A model generated the notes under the pieces. That model made no database searches. It was given only the letters and a program-made list of their open reading frames with translations, and was not told the DNA's origin. Of a stretch of 64,000 nt of DNA, positions 36,133 to 49,024 are shown in pieces. The DNA comes from Leucoraja erinacea. Taxonomy: Eukaryota. Location: NCBI RefSeq assembly GCF_028641065.1, contig NC_073385.1, forward strand, positions 60,698,001 to 60,762,000, written 5' to 3'. Position 1 is the first letter of the stretch, and every line of letters begins with the position of its first letter. Both the position numbers and the translations under genes were made by a program.

Positions 36133-36902
36133 TATTCTGAAATCCCAATAATTTGGCTTCTTGCTTTCCTGGTAATATTTGTTGCACTCCTCTTCAAATC
36201 GCCATGGCTGCAATCTGTCAAAGTCCCGAAAACACCAAAATGAAAATCTCAGCCCACTATTACACCACCACTGTATATTCATCGTTGGATAATTAGACCA
36301 CATCTCTCCAAAGTCCCAAAATGTGCTGCAATCTGTCGAAGTCCTGAAAATACCAGATCACGTGAGTTTTATTCTCGTTACTCGCAAAGTTGTTTGAAGA
36401 GTGAATTTGTGTACCGAAATTGTTTTAACAAGATTAGCTTTTAAAGCTATGGTACAGAGCATTGACCTGAACTTTCCCTTAACAGAGAACTTAATTTAAT
36501 CTCAGCGCTTTAGGGACAGTTACTTTGTTCATTGCGCCATCATGTAATAGTGACAGGGAAGCGTCATAATTTTAACAATACGAGTATTCTTTGACATCCT
36601 GTGTTTTTATTCCAGCTGAGCCATCGTTTTCTGATGTTGACAATCATCAGGGCTCACTGGAGAATTATAATGGAAGCTAAGTTTGCCTATTGTCAATATT
36701 GTTCAACGCACTGTGGTACTGCTGAGATTTTGAGAGTTCTCTGCTGTTCATTTGGGAAACTGAAGAAACAACAACTAAATCACTTTTAGCAATCAGCTGT
36801 AATTCAAAAACGTTCACAGCTGTGCATAATGTATATTGACTTTGTTTTGAAATGGATTCTGAATTAGAAATGTTTACTTTATTCTATTTTTCTTGTCAAT
36901 AG

Positions 36903-37043
36903 GATTTGAGGCTGAAGTTGCAGAATGCCAAGGAAGAGAGTAATAAAATTGTAGGAGAAATGGACTTGTTCGACCAAGAGCTGGAGGAGTGGAGATCCAC
37001 TTTAAGTCAATTTAACCATCTTTTAGATCAGGATGTTGAATGA
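36903..37043 (+). CDS. KNSTRN: KNSTRN last coding exon
   Basis: caatag|DLRLKLQNAKEE...LLDQDVE*; coiled-coil character like the SKAP C-terminus. Confidence 0.85.
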   Translation, partial: DLRLKLQNAKEESNKIVGEMDLFDQELEEWRSTLSQFNHLLDQDVE

Positions 37044-37124
37044 TTTGACCATCAGGATTACAATGAGCAATTTTAAATGTGAATAGAAAGTGTATATGCT
37101 TTAAAGAACCGTACAAAAAATATT

Positions 37125-37130
37125 AATAAA
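37125..37130 (+). terminator. KNSTRN polyadenylation signal
   Basis: AATAAA about 80 nt after the stop codon. Confidence 0.7.
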
Positions 37131-37329
37131 GTTTATGTACTGTGGATTGCTTACAGGAGAATTTGGAGTTCTACATCCACAAAGCATCCTTTGCTTCAAT
37201 TAGTCATATTAAGTTAGATAAACCAATTTCCATCACCTACCTGATTGAAAGTCCTTTTCCTTCATGAGTTTGCCCTCTTTTTAATGTGAGGTGCAGATGT
37301 GAGTCTTATCCCATGGGTTTTTAAGCTTA

Positions 37330-37958
37330 ACTTCCTTTATTTTATTATACAAATACCTGTATTCAGAAAACAAAAACAAACATACAAAAGGGTAACACGA
37401 TCAAAACTGCCTTTGTGCCAGTTTACAAACCAACAGTCATCAATTTCAACATAACGTCGTCTTCAGCAGTAATACACTCGGCCTCCCATGGTGACCAGCG
37501 TTCACGGACGGCCTCAAGTCCCCATGGACACGCGGGCTCGGACGTAAGCCCGAAAAGAGGCAGGCAGCTGACCCTGATGTGGCCGTCGACTACCCGCTAC
37601 TTGGACCCGCGAATGGCCATCTTGGCCAGGCCCAGGAGCAGACCGACAGGGAAACTCCCTCCCGACCCTTCCCCCTCTGTACCGGGTGCCCAAATATCAG
37701 GAGCGTGGGGCTAAAATGTAGCCAAAACTTGAGGAGCAGCCCCTTCAGATAGTCGAACAGGGGCTGCAACCTCTCGTATTCCATGTAGATGTGGAACACA
37801 CACTCTTCCTCGCCGCAGAGGTGACGGGTAGTTGGCGAGTCCGTGAACCGGCTCAAGTACCTGTTACAGGCCACAGCTTTGTGCAACACTCTCCACCTCG
37901 GGTCCCTGATGTAAAGGGGGACTCCCCCCTCATTGAGAGACCACCACTGGGGACCGCT
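37330..37958 (-). mobile_element. L1/Tx1-clade LINE 3' fragment
   Basis: WRVLHKAVACNRYLSRF...LCGEEECVFHIYMEY (degenerate zinc knuckle); AATAAA near its 3' end. Confidence 0.75.
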
Positions 37959-40034
37959 TAGTTTATGTCTATTCACACAAGGTGTAGATGATTAACAAGC
38001 TCCAGGATCAAATTGGAAATTCACTGCAATGCCTTTAGCTTCAGCTGATTAAAGTCAGGAAGAACAAGTTCAATATATATTTGCAGCCATGGTTTAAAAG
38101 TGTTATTTGCAGCTCAAATGCTGGTATCATTGCAGTGTGTATTCAAATTCTATGCCAGAGGCACAAGGCAAATATAATATCGGAAATCTTGTACTGCAAG
38201 CTTCAGCTGAATTATTTGTTTTCATTTGTCTTGATTGGTGTAAAAAAGTTTTTGGGAAAGCAGAAGATATTTTCTAATGACTTGGCCAATATTTGTAACT
38301 CCATGAACATAATCAAACAGATTGACTGGTTGTTGTTACATTGCTGTTTGCGTAAGCTTGATTGTGAAAATTGGGTTTTGTATCATAGTCAATAACATTT
38401 ATACCTGTCTATTGTGTCAAAACTGTTAAATCTAATCTGATTCTGATGGCCATTTAATTACTGATTCCTACCCCAAAACATTTCCTAGTGTCAAAGTCAG
38501 CATGTAGTTGAATTTAAAGGTAACTGGTTATAGTTATCACATACTAAATGGCTACTACAAAGAGAGTCAAGAGTGTTTTATTGTCATGTGTCCCAGACAG
38601 AACAACAACATTCTTACTTGCTGCAGCACAACAGAATATGTAAACATAGTACACTGTAAACAATATGATAAACGAGAGAGAGAAAAAAAAGTTCTGTGTG
38701 TGTGTATATATATATACATACTCACAAGTACTCTATCCCTCTTGCAGACCCGTTGGGTCTGCTCCCCCAACGCACCCGTTCCCTACCCGTAGCCCCCATG
38801 GGAGGCGTGGTCCTCCAACTCAAGCCATTCCCGCACGTAAGATTCCAGCACTCCATTGCCTATTCTAATCTATTCCAACGTCCATCCCATCTCATGCACA
38901 TATATGGCTTGGTATCATCACACTATTGGATCATGTATGGTTCTTGTAATAGAAACCTAACGACCATTTCATTGAAATGCAAAATTGAAAATATTTTAAA
39001 TCTCATACGCCTTTTCTATTGTAAGCATGTAGTGGTCCAAAAGGGGCACTTTTCTGTAAGAATCATTTACTCAGTAAAATTATTTTAAATGGTTTTAATA
39101 TTAATATATTTTAATGGCATGGGCACTGTTATCAAGTCTGGAGAAGTATACTTCTGGATAGCACCTTCCTTAAATTAAATGAGAGAGAATGCTGATTTCA
39201 TGCTGTTTCAACTTGTTCTAGTTGTGCACCACATCCTGATATGGTGTAAAAGTAAAAATGCTGAAAACACACAGCAGGTCAGGTGGCATCTGTTGACATT
39301 TCATCTCAATAACATTTGGCAACAACACTTTATAAAAGGTATTCTATTCGAACACTGGTTGTTTCTAATTTCACAGATGGTGCTTGACCAATCTAATGTA
39401 TCCGTGCTAATTTTCCATTCATAAATTGACACGGTTTGCCTCCATCGTGTGGAAGATAGAGACGTGGTACAAGACCTTGTTAAATGTGCACGATGGTGTG
39501 CATTTTAGGGTGAGAATTCAAGCAAAGCAAAAGTCATAAAATACAAGGCAAATACACATGCCAGCCAGATGAGGGCGTCATAATGAAGAGGACAAAATTG
39601 AGTCAATGTCATAGATTGATTATTTGTAGCAGAAACAACCAGTTCTGGTGCAGAGAAACCAAGTTAGCTGAGGTTGTGGAATTCTTTATTTCCAAAGACT
39701 GCAACATGGCCAAAGAGAAGATCAATTGCTGTTCATAAACCTTTTGCTGGACTTTATTATAACTTTGCAGGAGGCCGTAGATAGATAGGCCAGATTGGTA
39801 GCGCACTGGCCAATTAAAGTGGAAGTAAACGGAAGTAAAATGTTTGAGATACTCAGCAGGTCAGGCTGCATCATTGTTAATGATTTAGAACTGTACTTCA
39901 CAGAGCAGGAGTCTAAACTTTACTTGTACATGTGGCCAGTTTACACATCCCAGGATTAATATGGTTGTATCAAATCCTGAATTGCAGTTGCAGCAGATTT
40001 TCTCCTGCACCTCGTGCATTTTCAATAATAGGGC

Positions 40035-40346
40035 ATTACGGTGGCGCAGCGGTAGAGTTGCTGCCTTACAGTGCCAGGAACCCATGTTCGATCCTGACTA
40101 CGGGTGCTGGCTGTACAGTTTGTACGCTCTCTCTGTGACTGCATGGGTTTTCTCCGGGTGCTCCGGTTTCCTCAAATACCAAAGATGTTCAGGATTGTAG
40201 GTCAATTAGCTTTTGCAAATTACCCCTACAATATAGGATGCAAAATTTGGATAACATGGAACTAGTGTATGGGTAATCGTTGGTCGGCGTAGACTTGGTG
40301 GGTCAAAGAGCCTTTTTCCACGCTGTGTCTCTAAACTATACTAAAA
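40035..40346 (+). mobile_element. HE1-like SINE
   Basis: cggtggcgcagcggtagagttgctgcc...gttcgatcc; ctaaactatactaaa tail. Confidence 0.85.
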
Positions 40347-41620
40347 CAAAAAATAGAGCTTGCAGGTGATCTGTCTTGTTTAATGGGAAATCTCAGTTTC
40401 AGCTTCTCAGACCAGAAGATGATTAATGGTTGGAGTCAAAGGTGGCTCAACAAGACCAAGTACTGTATGGGGAACGGTTTGGAAGGGGTGGGTAAGAAGA
40501 GTCCACATTTAAAGTGACTACAGGGAACTGTAGATGAGTCTGAATAAAAAAACCTTCAAGAATGAGCAAACGTAAGACTAAGGTAAATCGATAGTGCCAA
40601 ATGCAAATGATGAAGAATGAAAATTTCCAGATAATTAGACAACAAACAGCAGTATGGTTGGACTGTCTCTCAAGAACATGTACCGAGGATATGGTGAATG
40701 GAGGAAGCTCCAAGGAGATTTCCTCCTGTCTGTACATTTTAACATCTATTGAATGGGAAATGTAAAGTTTCATCACCTGGAATCCTTCACTGATCACATT
40801 CAGAACTTTATTACATAAAATATGTTGATGTATACAATCAAATCTTCAAACAAAAATCAAAACAACTGCAGATGCTGGAAATCTGAGATAAAAACAGACG
40901 ATGCTGGGAACACTCAACAGGCCAGGCAGCAGTTGTGAATGCATAGTGGGTGACTGCTTTGTAGAGTACTGGCGTCTGTCCACAGGGATGACAGCTTCCT
41001 GCTGCCTGCCCTTTTAATTCTCCATTACACTGCTAACCTGACCTATTTATGGCCTGCACTGTTCAAGGCTCAAGAAAAGGTTTATGAAAAGCAATTCATC
41101 TTTCATCTGCTCACAATGCAACCTTTGGGAGCCACCACTTCAGATAACTTGCTTTTGTGTCTGTATAGGAACTGGCTGTTTCTGCTGCAAGTCATCAATC
41201 TGGAATATTTTCTCTTCATTAACACAGCCTAATCTTCTGAACAAATGTTTTAGCCCTGTATTTTGTGACTTGTCTTCCTTTGCTTATATTCTCACACTCT
41301 AATACCCCTTATTTTATGACTTTTGTCATTCCCTTTCTCTCACTGCATTATTTAATTGGTTAGATGACCTCAACAACCTCTACAATTTATCCCTTTGCAA
41401 TCATAACTTCCCCCTCTCCATTGTTAATTCCATCTCCTTCCCTGCAAATTAAAACTAAATTATTTTCCCTTTTTCCCCATTTCCAGTAAAGAATTTTAGA
41501 CCTGAAATGTACCTCTATCTCCAGATCCTGTCTGACCTGTTCTGCGTTTCCAGTATTTTCTGTTAAATCATTAATTCTTATTAATCAAAACTATTCATAT
41601 GAACCCGCTCAGACCATGTT

Positions 41621-41632
41621 TTTATTTTTATT
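41621..41632 (-). terminator. DRC7 polyadenylation signal(s)
   Basis: Two tandem AATAAA on minus about 95 nt after the stop. Confidence 0.7.
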
Positions 41633-41725
41633 TTGAAATGGTGTTTCTGGGATTGCACAAAGTCTCCTGCACATCAATCATTTTCCCCAGATCATGGTTT
41701 GCACTGCAGTGGGCAATGAACACAT

Positions 41726-41816
41726 TCAGCAGTCCTTTAATTTCTTGGCCAATCGTGAGTCTTTGCGAATCTTGTCCTCCAGAGCCAGGTACCTGGTTGG
41801 CGCTCTCTCTTTGTGC
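41726..41816 (-). CDS. DRC7: DRC7 last coding exon (HKERAPTRYLALEDKIRKDSRLAKKLKDC*)
   Basis: tttgcag acceptor, 91 nt; resembles human HKELAPLKYLALEEKLYKDPRL. Confidence 0.93.
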
Positions 41817-41879
41817 CTGCAAACACACAGCATTAACCTCAGTACTTGAAGGCGAAGGAAACAAATTAACATATTGTGT

Positions 41880-43350
41880 GGGCATAAGGAACTGCAGATG
41901 CTGCTTTACAAGAAATGACAAAGTGCTGAAGTAACTCGATGGGTCAGGCAGCATCTCAGGAAAACATGGATAGATGAGGTTTTGGGTAGGGACCCTTCCT
42001 CAGGTTGATTATAGTGGGGGCGGGACTCTGGCAAGGTGGATAAATTAGAGGGGGCTTTCGATCGACAGATAGTTGGGCAAAGGCCAGAAATGAAAAAGAT
42101 TTGAGCTAAGACGATAAGGATAGAGGAGCGTGAGATGTGAAGCCAGAGGAAAGAATATAGGTGGAAATGGATGGGGGAAGGGAGAAATGGATGTGCATCC
42201 AGGAGGGGCACAGGGAAGAGTGGAAAGGGAAGTGGGGTTATTTTCCTAAAATTGGAGAACTCAATGTTCATTCCTTAGGCTGTAAACTAACAAGCGGAAT
42301 AGGAGGTGCTGTTCCTCCAGTTTGCAAGTGGAGCAATGGAGGAGGCCCAGGACGGAAAGGTTAGTATGGGGCTGGGATGGGAAGGGGTTAAATGGTTAGC
42401 AAGCCTTGGCAGACTAAACACAAGTGTTCTGCGATACGGTCACCTAGTATACTAAATGTGAAGGAAGGAACTGCAGATGCTGCTTTACACCGAAGACAGA
42501 CACAAAATGCTGGAGTAACTGCGGGACGGGCAGCATCCCTGGAGAGAAGAAATCGATGACGTTCTGGGTCGAGACATTTCAGATTGAGAGTCGGGGGAGA
42601 AGGAGTCTAGAGATATGGAAGGGTAAGGTGTGAAAACCAAACCAGGCAATGTTAAGGAAATGTACAATGGATCATTGTTAGTTGAGGGAAGGTGATAAGG
42701 ACGCATACAATCAGTAAAATTAATCGGGACAGTGAAATTGGATGGAGAACTATGAGGGGGGGGGAGATGGAGAGAGAGAGAAAGCAAGAGTTACTTGAAG
42801 TTAGAGAAATCACTATTCATACCACTGGGTTGTAAGCTGTCCAAGTGAAATATGAGGTGCTGTTCCTCCAATTTGATTTGGGCCTCACTCTGACAGTGGA
42901 GGAGGCCCAGGACAGAAAGGTCAGTATGGTAATGGGAGGGGGAGTTAAAGTGTTAAGCAACCAGGAGATCGCGTAGGCCTAGGCGGACAGAGCGGAGGTG
43001 TCCAGGGAAACAAGCGCCAAGCCTGCGCTTGGTCTCGCCCATATATAGTAGTCTATACCTGGAACAGCGGTTACAGTAGATGAAGTTAGAGGAGGTGCAA
43101 GTGAACCTTTGCCTCATCTGAAAGGACTGTCTGAATCCTTAGACGTTCAGGGGGGAGGTATAGGGACAGGTGTTGCATCTCCTGCAGTTGCAGGGGAAAG
43201 TACCTGGGGAGGGGGTGGTTTGGGTGGGGAGTTGCGGAGGGGACGGTCTCTGTAGAAAGTGGAAAGGGGTGGAAATGGGAAGAAGTGGCTAGGGGTGGGA
43301 TTGCATTTGAGGTGAAAATGTTGGAGGATTATGTGTTGTATGCGATTGCT
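41880..43350 (-). mobile_element. Two tandem degenerate Penelope elements
   Basis: Termini aggaactgcagatgctg at ~41888 and ~42467; MNIEFSNFR and GIY-YIG remnants. Confidence 0.8.
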
Positions 43351-43859
43351 CAGGTAGAACTTTGGAACAGTGCCTCAAAGGTTATGGGCTTGGACAGGCA
43401 AATGGAGGTGACACAGCACACAGGTCAGCTGTAATTCTGTTGTTTGCCTCCAAAACTGAAGAGAACTCTATAAACCTTGCTAGGCCATATGGCCAACTGT
43501 TCACAAATCCTGTCCCCATATATATGTTGGTTAAACCAACAGTGCACACAGCACAAATCTCAAGAATCTTTCAAATACATTTAGAGTATGGTGCTCAGCA
43601 CAAGTCATTGTACAACTTGGTTAGGTCACACTTGACTGTGTTTGATGCTCAATTAATAACATTTCCACTCTTTCAATGTATTTAAAACCATGAAACATAG
43701 CATTACAATGACTCATGTGAAATTGAATCACCTCCTATTTAAAGTATTAAAGCATCATTAGACATAGGTGTATCTATTAGAGCAGTCTAGAACCTTAGTT
43801 AGGCTCTTCCACATAAATCAAGCAAATCAAGCAATATAATTAAAAATATGTATATTGAA

Positions 43860-44180
43860 GGGCGGAACGGTGGCGCAGCGTTAGAGTTTCTGCCTTACAG
43901 CGCCAGAGATCTGGGTTCGATCCCGACTACAGGTCCTATCTGTATGGAGTTTGTACGCTCTCCCTGTGATGTGCGTGGGTTTTTTCCGAGATCTTTGGTT
44001 TCCTCCCACACCAAAGACACACAGGTATGTAGGTAAATTGGTTTGGAAAGTGTAAAATTGTCCCTAGTGTGTGTAAGGTAGTGTTAATATGCGGGGATCG
44101 CTGGTTGGCGCGGACCCGGTGAGCCGAAGGGCCTATTTCTGTGCTGTATCTCTAAATTAAACTAAATAGGATTTAAACTA
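43860..44180 (+). mobile_element. HE1-like SINE
   Basis: ggcggaacggtggcgcagcg head, gggttcgatccc B-box, ctaaattaaactaaa tail. Confidence 0.88.
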
Positions 44181-44444
44181 AACAGGGGCTCACTGTACTA
44201 AGTAGGTGGGAAGGTTAGGCTCTGAGATACTAGAGAGAAATGGAATAACAAACATCTCCGAATATACGTAGTTGGAAAACATAGATGAGGCCAAGTCTGT
44301 TCTTTTTTTAAAATTTTATTTTCCAATAATATTAATGCATCTACTGGTTGGCTAAATTATCATAATTAAATCGGCAAAAGTCATTTTCTTCTCTGTTTGC
44401 AGGACACTTGAATAATGACAATTTCATGTTGAGTTTATCTTTGT

Positions 44445-45680
44445 TTTGTTTAGGTTTGAAAGCATACCCTTCAGCCCACCAAATCCATCGATAATTGTGG
44501 ATGATCAGCCATTATCGTATTGACAATAGACAATAGGTGCAGGATTTGAGCCAGCACCGCCATTCAATGTGATCATGGCTGATCATCCCCAATCAGTACC
44601 CCGTTCCTGCCTTCTCCCCATATCCCTCGACTCCGCTATCTTTAAGAGCCCTATCTAGCTCTCTCTTGAAAGTATCCAGAGAGTCGGCCTTCGCTGCCCT
44701 CCGAGGCAAATAATTCCACACTCACAGCTCTCTGTGAGAAAAAGTGTTTCCTTGTCTCCGTTCTAAATGGCTTTCCCCTTATTCTTAAACTATGGCCACC
44801 GGTTCTGGACTTCCACCAACATCAGGAACATGTTTCCTGCCTCTAGTGTGTCCAAACCCTTAACAATCTTATATGTTTCAATAAGATTCACTCTCATCCT
44901 TCTAAACTCCAGAGTATACAAACCCAGCCGCTCCATTCTCACAGCATATGACAGTCCCGCCATCCTGGGTATTAACCTTGTAAACCTACGCTGCACTCCC
45001 ACAATAGCAAGAATGTCCTTCCTCAAATTAGGGGACCAAAACTGCACACAATACTCCAGGTGTGGTCTCACTAGGGCTCTGTACAACTGCAGAAGGACCT
45101 CTTTACTCCTATACTCTTGTTATAAAGGCCAACATTCCATTCGCTTTCTTCACTGCCTGCTGTACCTCCATGCTTACTTTCATAGACTGATGAACAAGGA
45201 CTCCCAGATCCCGTTGCACTTCATCCTTTCCCATTTAGATAGTAATCTGCCTTTCTGTTTTTGAAACCAAAGTGGATAACCTCACATTTATCCACATTAA
45301 ACTTCATCTGCCTTGCATCTGCCCACTCCCCCAACCTGTCCAAGTCACCCTGCATTCTCATAGTATATTGAATGGCGGTGCTGGCTTGAAGAGCCGAATG
45401 GCCTGCTCCTGCACCTATTGTCTATGTCTATCAATCACCCGTTCACACTAGTTCTATGTTCTCCCACTTTCTCATCCATTCCTTACACACTAGGGGCAAT
45501 TTTACAGGTTTGTACAGGTTTGTAGTTGAATATCCTACAAACCTGTACATCTTAGGGATGTGGTAGGAAACTGGAGCACCTCGAGGAAACTCATATGGTC
45601 ACAGGAAGACCGTGCAAACTGCACACATACTGGTCACGCCTGAGGTCAGGGTCGAATATGGTTCACTGCTGCTGTGGTGT
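44445..45680 (-). mobile_element. Triple nest: HE1 SINE (-) containing a CR1 3' end (+) containing a CR1 fragment (-, 44524-45362)
   Basis: YRALVRPHLEYCVQFWSP on minus; plus-strand CR1 3' UTR split at tattga; SINE halves on both sides. Confidence 0.8.
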
Positions 45681-46359
45681 GGTGAGACTGATGATCACTG
45701 GCTCTTAATTAAGATGTAAAGCAGTTTAACCTGCCTGCAGAAAGGGGTGATAACCAGTTTATCAAAGGTTCCCAGAGTCGATGTGAGTCACAGGCTCATT
45801 CTGCACTGTGAAATTTACTGATCAGAGCAGGTTCAATGCAGAAGCTTCAGACAAACTGTAGCAGTTCTGACAGAGCTGCAGCATTTCAATCATCCCAATC
45901 CCCAACTAGAAAGAGCACAGGGTGATCTGAAAGGCAGGGAACAGGTTTAGCTGATGTGCCTGGGGGCTGCTCCTCATCAATAGTGGGGATTCTTACAGCA
46001 CAGGTCAGCATTGTCATGAGGGGAGGGTGGGATAAGGCACAAAAGATGATATTATAATTGAGTACGGTGATCAGGCACCAAACACAGATCAGTAACACTG
46101 AATATTTTGTTTCTATAATAAAAGCAGACAATGCTGGTGGCAACGGTCTTTGTCAGAACGACTCTTTGTCAGAATGAGGTTTCAAGTTGTTCTCCTGAAA
46201 CACCATCAACCTGAAATGTTTGTTTCTACCTGACCAGATAAGTATCTCTCGCATTTCCTGTTTTATTTCAGATTTCCAATATCTGTGGCTTTAATTTCTC
46301 TTTTTTCAATGTTAGCCTAATTAATTACTGTGCAGTAAAAGTGAAACAAGAATTCTTAC

Positions 46360-46499
46360 CTGTTGAGGCGCAATTCAAGGATGTGAATTCGGAACATGGC
46401 CTCAGAGCAGTAGGACAAGTAGGCCTGTTCATCTTCCTTGGTCATGGATATCTGGTTCTGCTGGTACCATTGCTGTTTATTCTGGAGCTCCAAAGCCTC
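46360..46499 (-). CDS. DRC7: DRC7 exon
   Basis: EALELQNKQQWYQQNQISMTKEDEQAYLSYCSEAMFRIHILELRLNR; ttccag|...|gtaaga. Confidence 0.96.
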
Positions 46500-46800
46500 C
46501 TGGAAAGAAAGAGCATCAAACAGTGAGTAAACATATACCTTTACTGAGGAATTAAATGCCATTTGGACTGTGCTATTACTTGTTTGATTAAACTGTAAAT
46601 TGGACAGAAAAATATTAATTGAACTTTTAAAGAAAATCCAAATTGATACAATAGTGTACTGACTCGCAGTCAAAGTCCTGAACTATTGATCCTGGAGCAT
46701 GGGCTTCAATTACACCAAGGTAGCTGGAGAATATAAGTAATAAATAAATATTAAATCTGGATTTAAAAAAAGATAGCTGATCGTGATAACGGATGACTAT

Positions 46801-47024
46801 TGCCCCTGTCCCACTTAGGAAACCTGAACGGAAACCTCTGGAGACTTTGCACCCCACCCAAGGTTTCTGTGCGGTTCCCGGAGGTTTTTGTCAGTCTCCC
46901 TACCTGCTTCCACTACCTGCCACCTCCGGCAACCACCTGCAACCTCCGGGAACCGCACGGAAACCTTGGATGGGGCGTAAAGTCTCCAGAGGTATCCGTT
47001 CAGGTTTCCCAAGTGGGACAGGCA
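46801..47024. mobile_element. Palindromic MITE with CTGTCCCACT TIRs
   Basis: TGCCCCTGTCCCACTTAGGAAACCTGAACGG...CCGTTCAGGTTTCCCAAGTGGGACAGGCA; inverted arms of ~80 bp. Confidence 0.85.
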
Positions 47025-47054
47025 TAAGGAACAAAGATTGGGGAAGTTTAGTAC

Positions 47055-47249
47055 CTTCTCAAAGCGACTTTGAATAAGATTGGCTTTGTCGATCAGCCTC
47101 TGCTTCATGTCTGCCAGGCAGTCACTGCGAAGCGTCATGGCTACCTTCTTGGTGATCTTCTTGGGTTGACCAAGCCGAGCAAGGAAAGGTGCGAGATAAT
47201 CCACCTCCTCCTCGGCACGCCGCAACCGCTGCTCCTCCTCTATACGCAT
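47055..47249 (-). CDS. DRC7: DRC7 exon
   Basis: MRIEEEQRLRRAEEEVDYLAPFLARLG...KQRLIDKANLIQSRFEK, 195 nt, canonical splice sites. Confidence 0.96.
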
Positions 47250-47309
47250 CTGAGAAACAAAGTTGGCATGGTAATAAATGGCTGGGTTCATTAGTAAACT
47301 ACAGGGGAT

Positions 47310-47517
47310 CATAAGGTGATAAATGATAGGAGTATAATTAGGCCATTCGGCGCATCGTCTACTCCGCCATTCAATCATGGCTGATCTATCTCTCCCTCCT
47401 AACCTCATTCTCCTGCTTTCTCCCCACAACCTTGGACACCTGTACTAATCAAGAGTCTATCTATCTCTGCCTTAAAAATATCCACTGACTTGGCCTCCAC
47501 AGCCTTCTGTGGCAAAG
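47310..47517 (-). mobile_element. CR1 3' fragment
   Basis: ccattcaatcatggctgatc...ttggcctccacagccttctgtggc. Confidence 0.8.
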
Positions 47518-49024
47518 ATCATATTTAACTAGGCAGATCATGTAGGAAGCCAATCTTTCTTTCAAAGGAACACATTTTTAATGCCGTTAAATTTAATGAA
47601 ATATAGATTGGATAAAAATCCACTCCAGCAGGTTACCCACTAACATGACAATGTTTGCAATTACCCCATAGTCAACATCAATCCGAGTCGTATTTATGCT
47701 ATCAACTTTATTTATCCTGAAACTAAGAGGAGGTAAAGAAAATACCAATAAGGGACAAATACCGTGAATGAAGGACAGGGTGAATCAGAAAATGAGTGAT
47801 GAATAAGTGTGGATTTTAATGGAAAGATAAACGGAAGCAAGGAAGTTCCAGTAAGGATATCACACAATTAGCCATGACATAAATGCATGACACATTAGAC
47901 ACGGTAGGAAGATTATGCAAGGAGAGTGCATCTTCATTGCCCGAAGGAGGAGCAAATAAATGGAGAGAATGGTTGGGAGCGCTAGTTCATCTTTTCCTGA
48001 TCTGTAGTTGGAAAAATAAAATTCAGCAGATACTCTATCATTTTTTTCACAGGCTGGATCAGCCAATTGGCAGATTTTATTCTCATCCATCCAGAATAGC
48101 TGAAGTTTCCAGGAATTCTGAAGTGTTCCAGCTGATCACATGCTCACAGGTAAGATGACCATCAGTGAATGGACAGGTATTCAGTTGCCAATCTGCTTGA
48201 TACACACGAGATTAGACGATCAAAGCCCATTGAAGAGCTTCGAGCACTGCATTGTTACAATCTTCCCCAAAAGCAAGTACAGGGTACATCCATCAGCAAA
48301 AAACTAAACTACTAAACAAACTAAAGATTTGGAGACTGCTAGCTACAGCTCCATCACTCAGCCAGAACTATTGTAGGAGTGGAACAACTGATTTTGACGC
48401 CTTGGCAAATGTAACACATCATGACTCAATGACTCCTTCTGTAAAATGGAGAAATAAACACTGGATAAGGATGAGGTCAGGCCTGATTGTAAAACATGTT
48501 CTAACACTGAAATGTTGGATAACATCTAGAATGTTGTCTGTGCCAAATCAAGAAAATCAATGTCACACAGACAACAATCGCACCAACAACGTATTAGTGA
48601 AAATGTATTAACATAAGCACATAGGATAGAAGAACAAAAGTTGGCCATCCTGCCCTTTGTGCTTGCTTCACCATTCATCAAGAAAATGATTTTCAGCTAC
48701 TACATCAGCATCATTTTCCAGTATATCTATATCCACAGATTAACTCAATGTCCATAAATCTAATGAAATGTGTTTAGAATGCTCAAAACTGATCCCCCAT
48801 TGACCTTCCAGGTAGAGAATTCCAAAGACTCATCACCCTTTGTGTAAAAAAACAAATTTTAATCTCAGTCATAAAAATATCTTCCTGCTTACTCTAGACT
48901 ATAATATTTGGTTCTGGATTCCTAAGCCAGGAGAAATATCATCTCTGCATCTAGCATGTTAAGCCTGTAAGAACTTTGTGAGTTTCACTGGGAATTTCAC
49001 TCATTTATGTTAAAATACTCATCG

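Noticed and set aside
37590-37976. RHKLSGPQ as the DRC7 terminal exon
   Set aside because: The real terminal exon is 41816-41726; this ORF is a Tx1-like LINE remnant
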